NCBI RefSeq assembly: GCF_009914755.1
Contig: NC_060945.1
DNA length: 64,000 nucleotides
Direction: 5' to 3' (one strand)
Origin: the human T2T-CHM13v2.0 reference genome, Homo sapiens
In this document: piece after piece, positions 58,115 to 64,000 of the stretch
Position numbering within the stretch: position 1 is the first letter of the stretch
Layout: every line of letters starts with the position of its first letter
The notes under the pieces: generated by a model
The model's database searches: none
What the model saw: only the letters and a program-made list of their open reading frames with translations
What the model was told of the DNA's origin: nothing
Made by a program: the position numbers and the translations under genes

Positions 58115-58640
58115 TATATCTTTTATTTATTCTAGGAACATTCAAAATATTCTCTTTCAGTTATTTGAAATGTATTGTTAATGTTAACTATAGTTACCCT
58201 ACTGATCCATTGAACATAGGTCTCATTTCTTCTAACTGTATATTTGTACCCATTAATCGACCTCTCTTGATCCTCTGTTCCCCTCTATCCTTCCTGGCTT
58301 CTGGTAATCACCAATCTAACATTTTCATGAAACCCACTTTGTTAGCTCCCACATATGAGTGAGAACATCTGATATTTGTTTTTCTGTGCTTGGCTTATTT
58401 CACTTAACCTAATGAGCTTATGACCTCCAGTTCCATCCATGTTGCTTAAAATGACAGAATTATACTTTTTATGGCTGAATAATATTCCATTGTGAATATA
58501 TAAAACATTTACTTTATCTATTGTTCCACTGATAAGCACTTAGGTTGATGTCAAATATTGGTTATTGTGAATAGTGCTGTATCTATCTACCTAGTAGTGG
58601 AATTAATGGATCGTGTGGTAGTTGAAATTTTAGTTTTTGT
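58115..58640 (-). mobile_element. L1MA-type 3' end
   Basis: gttaactatagttaccctactg...tagctcccacatatgagtgagaacat...gtgcttggcttatttcacttaac. Confidence 0.85.
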
Positions 58641-58959
58641 TATGAAATAAATTTCACTTGGTTGAATATAGTAACATAGAATAACAGAATGTAATACTTA
58701 GTAAATTACATGTTTGGTTATTCAGCCTTTACATAGAGTGACAAGAGACTCACAGAAGAACTTGAATACTCATCCCTAGTAAATTGCATAATTTCTATGT
58801 CATGCAAGTATAAATTATTATAAAAATAAGTTCCAGTATTGAGGAATATATAGAAGTATAGGTCAAATGTTAAGTTTAATGTGCATGTTACTGCTAATAT
58901 TCATTATCCTATTCTCCAAAATAGTAAATAGAACTTTATTTTAGAGTATTATTTTAAAA

Positions 58960-59270
58960 TAGAGTAACTTCACTGTATAGAGGCCTGACAAAAACTACCT
59001 CAGCTAGGTGATCAAGATTAGCATGGTCAGTGATAAGTCATGTTGGTAGCATGTATTCTGGAAATGATGTGATAGAAATTGAAATTTGCCTTTAAGATCT
59101 TCCTCTCCAAACCCATAATCCCAGTTTAATGAGAAAAATGTCAGACAAAAGTAATTGGTTGACAGTCTGCAAAATACCAGACATGTACTTCTCAAAACTG
59201 CTAGGTCATTGAAAACAAGGAAAATCTGAGAAATAGCCAAGAAGAATCTAAGTAAATGTGACAACTAAGA
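58960..59270 (+). mobile_element. L1MC/L1MB 3' UTR fragment
   Basis: ctacctcagctaggtgatcaagattagcat..cagtgataagtcatgttg...acccataatcccagtttaatgag. Confidence 0.75.
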
Positions 59271-59464
59271 TTGGGGTACATTTCCAAGATAAGACAGATA
59301 GCAAATCAGATAAATACATCTCATTTTCTTGATGTTTGATACATTCAACGTTCATGGCCTGAAACACAAATGTAATATTACTAAATATTATTTAATTTTA
59401 TTGATAATCTATTTGTTATATAACAGAAAAATACAGTAGTTTGAAACATATATTTAGCACCTTA

Positions 59465-59770
59465 TTTATTTATTTATTTAATTTTTTGAGACAGAGCCTT
59501 GCTCTGTCGCCCAGGCTGAAGTGCAGTGGTGCAATCTCTGCTCATTGCAACCTCTGGCCTCCTGAGTTCAAGTGATTCTCCTGCCTCAGCCTCCCTCCTA
59601 GCTGGGACTACAGGTGTGCGCCAACACGCTGGCTCTTTTTCGTTATTTTTAGTAGAGATGTGGTTTTATCATCTTAGCCAGGCTGATCTCAAACTCCAAA
59701 CCTCAGGCAATCTGCCTGCCTCAGACTCCCAAAGTGTTAGGATTATAGGCATGAGCCACTGTGCCTGGCT
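59465..59770 (-). mobile_element. AluS (Sx/Sz-like)
   Basis: Full dimer with (TTTA)n tail; TSD-like cacctt(t)attt on both sides. Confidence 0.92.
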
Positions 59771-61021
59771 AACACCTTTATTTTAAAACTGGCCTTCAGG
59801 AATTTGTTAGGAATTTGTAGAACATCACATTTATATCAGCTTCAGCAATGAAATTTGAGATAAGCTAGAGAATCTTTGCCAAAACTGCCTAACCTGAGAG
59901 CCCAGCTGCAGAATTAATTGAATATATTAAAGTACAATGCTACTGATCCAACTAGTCAAAATTTATTTGTGTTTCTCAGAAACGTACAATGGGAGCGAGA
60001 GAGAGAGGGACAGAAACCGAAACATGAAGTTTGATAAACAGTGCCCTTTTATAATTTTTGAAGATGTATAATTTCTTCCTAAATTCTACTGTGCCCTTTT
60101 ATGAGTGACATAAAACGAAAAAAAAGTCTAATACCTGATTTACTGGTAAGAGAAGAGGCTTTAGTGTTAGGCATAACTTCTTAATATTTATGAATTCCAT
60201 AATCATCGACAACTTCAACAAACTAAAAAATCAATTTTATGAAATCTTTAGCATAATTTTCCATTTTTAGGTTTAAAGTGGTTTGTAACTTTATTCTGTT
60301 TATCATAATGTTATATGTTATTTTCTTTGAGCTTTGAAATGGACTTGAATAATAAAATAATGATAATATAAGAAAAAGATTGTGCAACCTTTTAATTTCT
60401 ATAATATCTAGTGTAATTATAAAGAAATACTTGAAGGTGTTTTAACATCAGAGTTTGTTGAGGTTGTCAGGCTAAGATGTTGCAGTACCCCGCATTCTTC
60501 ACACCCAGCATCCTTCTCCAATGTCCGATCCCACTTGGCTGATAGATTTATTATGTTAAATAGCTATCCAAAACATTTTGCCGGTTCACATTCTCCTCCC
60601 ATAATCCATTAATAAAGAAACGTTAATTAAAATATCTGCAGTTTATGTAAGCTCTTACCTTACAAGAATGCTGTCACTCTGTCCTTCACCAGGTCAATGG
60701 CAGAAAAAAGTAACCAGAAAAGCCTAGTTAAGACTTGTTTACATCTCTCTCCCTTGACTACTCACCCCTCAGATTTATTCTTTCTACTGAATTTTGTAGA
60801 CTGGCACTACCAACTAACCAAAAACAGAAACTTGGATATTATTCCTATCACTTCTTGCCCCTTCCTGGCCATTATTTGGGAACATTGCGTGTAATAGCCA
60901 CTCAATTAACATCTATTAAAACAATAAAGAAATACAGCACTGATTTCATACAATATCATCTTGGTACCTGGATTTTCCACTTGACAATGCTGTGAAATAA
61001 TTTGAGATTATAATCCATAAC

Positions 61022-61879
61022 TGAGAGGTGAAGCCGGCTGGGCTTCTGGGTGGGGTGGGGACTTGGAGAACTCTTCTGTCTACCTAAAGGATTGTAAACA
61101 CACCAATCAGTGCTCTGTGTCCAGCTAAAGGTTTGTAAATGCACCAATGGGCACTCTGTAAAAACGCACCAATCAGCACTCTGTGTCTAGCTAAAGGTTT
61201 GTAAATGCATCAATCAGCACTCTGTAAAAACGGACCAATCAGCACTCTGTAAAATGGACCAATCAGTGCTCTGTAAAATGGACCAATGAGCAGAACATGG
61301 GCGGAGCCAAATAAGGGAATAAAAGCTGGCCACCTGAGCTAGCAGCGGCAAGCCAGTGGCGTTCAATGCTGTGGAAGCTTTGTTGTTTTGCTCTTCACAA
61401 TAAATCTTGCTGGTGCTCACTGTTTGGGTCTGCACTACCGTTATGAGCTGTAACACTCACTGCAAAGGTCTGCAGCTTTACTCCTGAAGCCAACGAGACC
61501 ACAACCCCACCGGAAGGATTAAACAACTCCAGATGTGCTACCTTTAAGAGCTGTAACAGTCACTGCGAAGGTCCGCAAGGTCTGTGGCTTCATTTCTTAA
61601 GTCAGCGAGCTCACGAGCCCATGGGAAAGAAGTAAGAACCCCAGATGGGCTACTTTTAAGAAGTGTAACACTCACTGTGAAGGTCGGAGGCTTCAATCCT
61701 GAAGTCAAGCGAGACCACGAACCCACGGGAAGGAAAAAACTGTGGACACGTGAACATTGGAAGGAACAAACTCCGGGCCCACCATCTTTAGGAACTGTAA
61801 CACTCTGTGAGGGTCGGTGGCTTCGTTCTCGAAGTCAGCAAGACCAATAACCCACCAGACGGAACCAACTCCAGACACA
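61022..61879 (+). mobile_element. LTR12 (ERV9) solo LTR
   Basis: tgagaggtgaagccggctgggcttctggg...aactccagacaca; tandem ccaatcagcactctgtaaaa units; 4-bp TSD taac/taat. Confidence 0.95.
61095..61330 (+). promoter_or_regulatory. LTR12 U3 enhancer/promoter: 6 intact CCAAT boxes, GC box and TATA-like AATAAAA
   Basis: CCAAT near 61103, 61144, 61169, 61235, 61259 and 61283 (one more mutated to TCAAT); GGGCGGAG 61299-61306; AATAAAA 61318-61324. Confidence 0.7.
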
Positions 61880-63528
61880 TAATGGTTACTGTTTTATGTC
61901 TGCCATTATGTTTGGATGGTAATAATTATTGGTAATTGCAGAATGTGATGTAACCAGTGTTAAATGGTGACATCCTCTCCTAAGTTATTCACTGTTATAT
62001 TCCATTACTCAACTTGTTCACCTAAAATGATATGTCAGTATTTTTCCATGAATAATTTGAGAAATTTTACATATTCTGTATGAAGAGTATTCATGAATGA
62101 GTCATCCTATTTCTGTCATTGATTTTTATGTGTTGTGTCAAATTGTGGAGAAGACTTTCAAGTGAAAGGAACAAAAACAAGACTGTTTATAGCAGGACTG
62201 GTTCTTCAGCTGGGTAATATCAAGTTACCCTGACAGCTTTTTCTGTGATGCTCTTACTCCTCCAGTACTGCCACAAGGCTGGCCCCTGACATCCCTACAC
62301 ATCACGGCTTACAAGTTGTGTCATCTGAGAGCATTTTCCACATGCATTTGTTGCTGCAATACACATCTCCCATGTATCATCATTTCATGTTCCTACCTTG
62401 AATTTTTTAAAATTGCATTTGTTATTTTAAATTAGAAGAACATCTTTTTTTAACTTACTCATTTTTGGTCTCACCACCAAAATTTAAACTACATAAAGAC
62501 ATGGACTACTCTGTCTTTGGTATCCATACTAATTCCCTGACAGGGTCATACTTGCCTACGTGATGAATCGGCTTTATGTTAAGGCACACGTCTTTTGATT
62601 CAGAAAATGATATCAATCCAGAATAGAGATCATTTGACCATAAATTTATTTGGATCATATGGGTAAGTTATTTGACTGAAAGAAACCCTCCAAATATGTA
62701 CTTCCTCAGGTTATACAAAAGTTCAACAAAGTGTAAAGAACAATTTTGAAAAATGTAAAGTCAAATTTATGTCTTACAATGCCGAAGTTTTTTCTTAAAG
62801 TGAGGAAATTTCAGTATAAGATTCAGACAGAAATCTTGATTACAAGGAACAGGCAGAATGTAAGACAATGAAATATAAGACAGTGAAACTGGACTGTTAA
62901 CATCTTAGCTACAGAGGCAGCAGTTGTTTAGAAATGATAACCACTTGCTAAGTGGGAATGAAGGCTAAATATTGTCTTATCTTTTGTTTTTGAAAAAAAA
63001 TTAAAACCTAGATATCAATTTAAAGGCCCTATGAATTCAAGTTTTGGAAGTTAACTTTAAACTTTGTGAACAGGCTAAACAATGAAGAGGACTGTAACCC
63101 ATAGGTCTTCAATTTTTAGCCACACAGCTACATGCTCTTATCAATCGACTTAGGGTCCTTTTGGAATTATTTTTACTCACATACACATTATTTTGAGGGC
63201 CATACTAAGAAATAATATATAAAATTCACTTTTGTGGTTTTTATTGTAATAATTAAGCAGCATTGTTTATAACCTTAATATATATTCTTTGAAAAACTTA
63301 ACACAGTCCTTAGTATTTTTACCTTTAGAAATTTGATTTTTTCATTTTTACAAACATTGTGAATTAAGTAATAATGTTCCACTTTGTGATGGCTGCAGAG
63401 AAGCCATCTCTAAGAATCTCAATAGCATATATGAATATAATGACAGAAATGTCAGATAACTTTCATGTATCGCATCACTAAATCTTAACTGAACTTGTGA
63501 TGTACTCCAAATAAACCTCTAAAATATT

Positions 63529-63744
63529 AGCCTTGAACTCCTGGGCTCAAGCAATCCTCCTGCTACGTCCTCCTCAGTAGCTAAGACTACAGCATACCAC
63601 CACACTTAGCTTTTTTTAAATTATTTTTTGTGGAGACAGAGTCTTGCTATGTTGCCCAGATTGGTCTCAAACTCCTGCCCTCAAGCAGTCCTCCCATCTC
63701 AGCCTTCTAAAGTTCTGGGATTAGCATAAGCTACCATGGCCAGC
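63529..63744 (-). mobile_element. AluJ partial (3' end missing)
   Basis: agccttgaactcctgggctcaagcaatcctcc, gtcttgctatgttgcccag J-type motifs. Confidence 0.88.
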
Positions 63745-64000
63745 TCTTTGCCCGTATTTAAATCAGCTTCTTTGTTTGCTTGATTTTGAGATGTTTGAGT
63801 TCCTTATATATATCTTAGATAGTTGCCCCTATTCAGATGTATGATTTGAAAATATATCCTACCATTCCATAGGTTTTTCTCTTCACTCTGTTGATTGTTT
63901 TCTTGAATATGCAGAAGTTTTTTAGCTTAATAAAATCCCATGTGTGTATTTTTGGCTTTTGTTCCCTGTGCTTTCGAGGATTTATCCATAAAATCATTGC
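63745..64000 (-). mobile_element. L1M ORF2 3' region running off the window
   Basis: tttgagttccttatata...ttcactctgttgattgtttt..tgcagaagttttttagc. Confidence 0.85.

Noticed and set aside
61095-61290. Regular ccaatcagcactctgtaaaa repeats that look like an array
   Set aside because: These are the known U3 tandem enhancer units of LTR12, with no unique spacers.
61440-61810. Repeated gagctgtaacactcactg..aaggtc blocks
   Set aside because: These are intrinsic LTR12 3' repeats.

Overview
AT-rich, CpG-poor primate (human or great-ape-like) non-coding DNA, intergenic or deep intronic. I see no supportable host protein-coding exon, RNA gene, CpG island, CRISPR array or prokaryotic system. Much of the window is transposon-derived: about 13 Alu copies (J, S and Y types), old L1M/L1PB/L1PA fragments, L2, L3 and MIR relics, MaLR/ERVL/ERV1 solo LTRs (MLT1, MSTA, THE1, MLT2A2, LTR33, MER4-group, MER21, LTR12) and DNA-transposon relics (MER5, Charlie, MER2, Tigger2a/3/4a). 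The only ORFs with real protein homology are two L1 ORF2 pieces in a twin-primed, 5'-inverted L1PA3 (53960-55629). The most notable structures are: (1) a recent 242-bp tandem duplication of an AluSc plus its flank, with 3-bp junction microhomology; (2) an old ~165-bp direct repeat pair (18570/22220) where one copy carries an AluJb and the other keeps the empty site; (3) the inverted L1PA3, with a 17-bp breakpoint duplication and open reading frames across the junction on both strands; (4) an LTR12 solo LTR with an intact NF-Y/GC/TATA promoter layout; (5) several multi-layer nested insertions. Subfamily names come from recalled consensus sequences and need RepeatMasker/Dfam confirmation. I did not find evidence of a new biological system.
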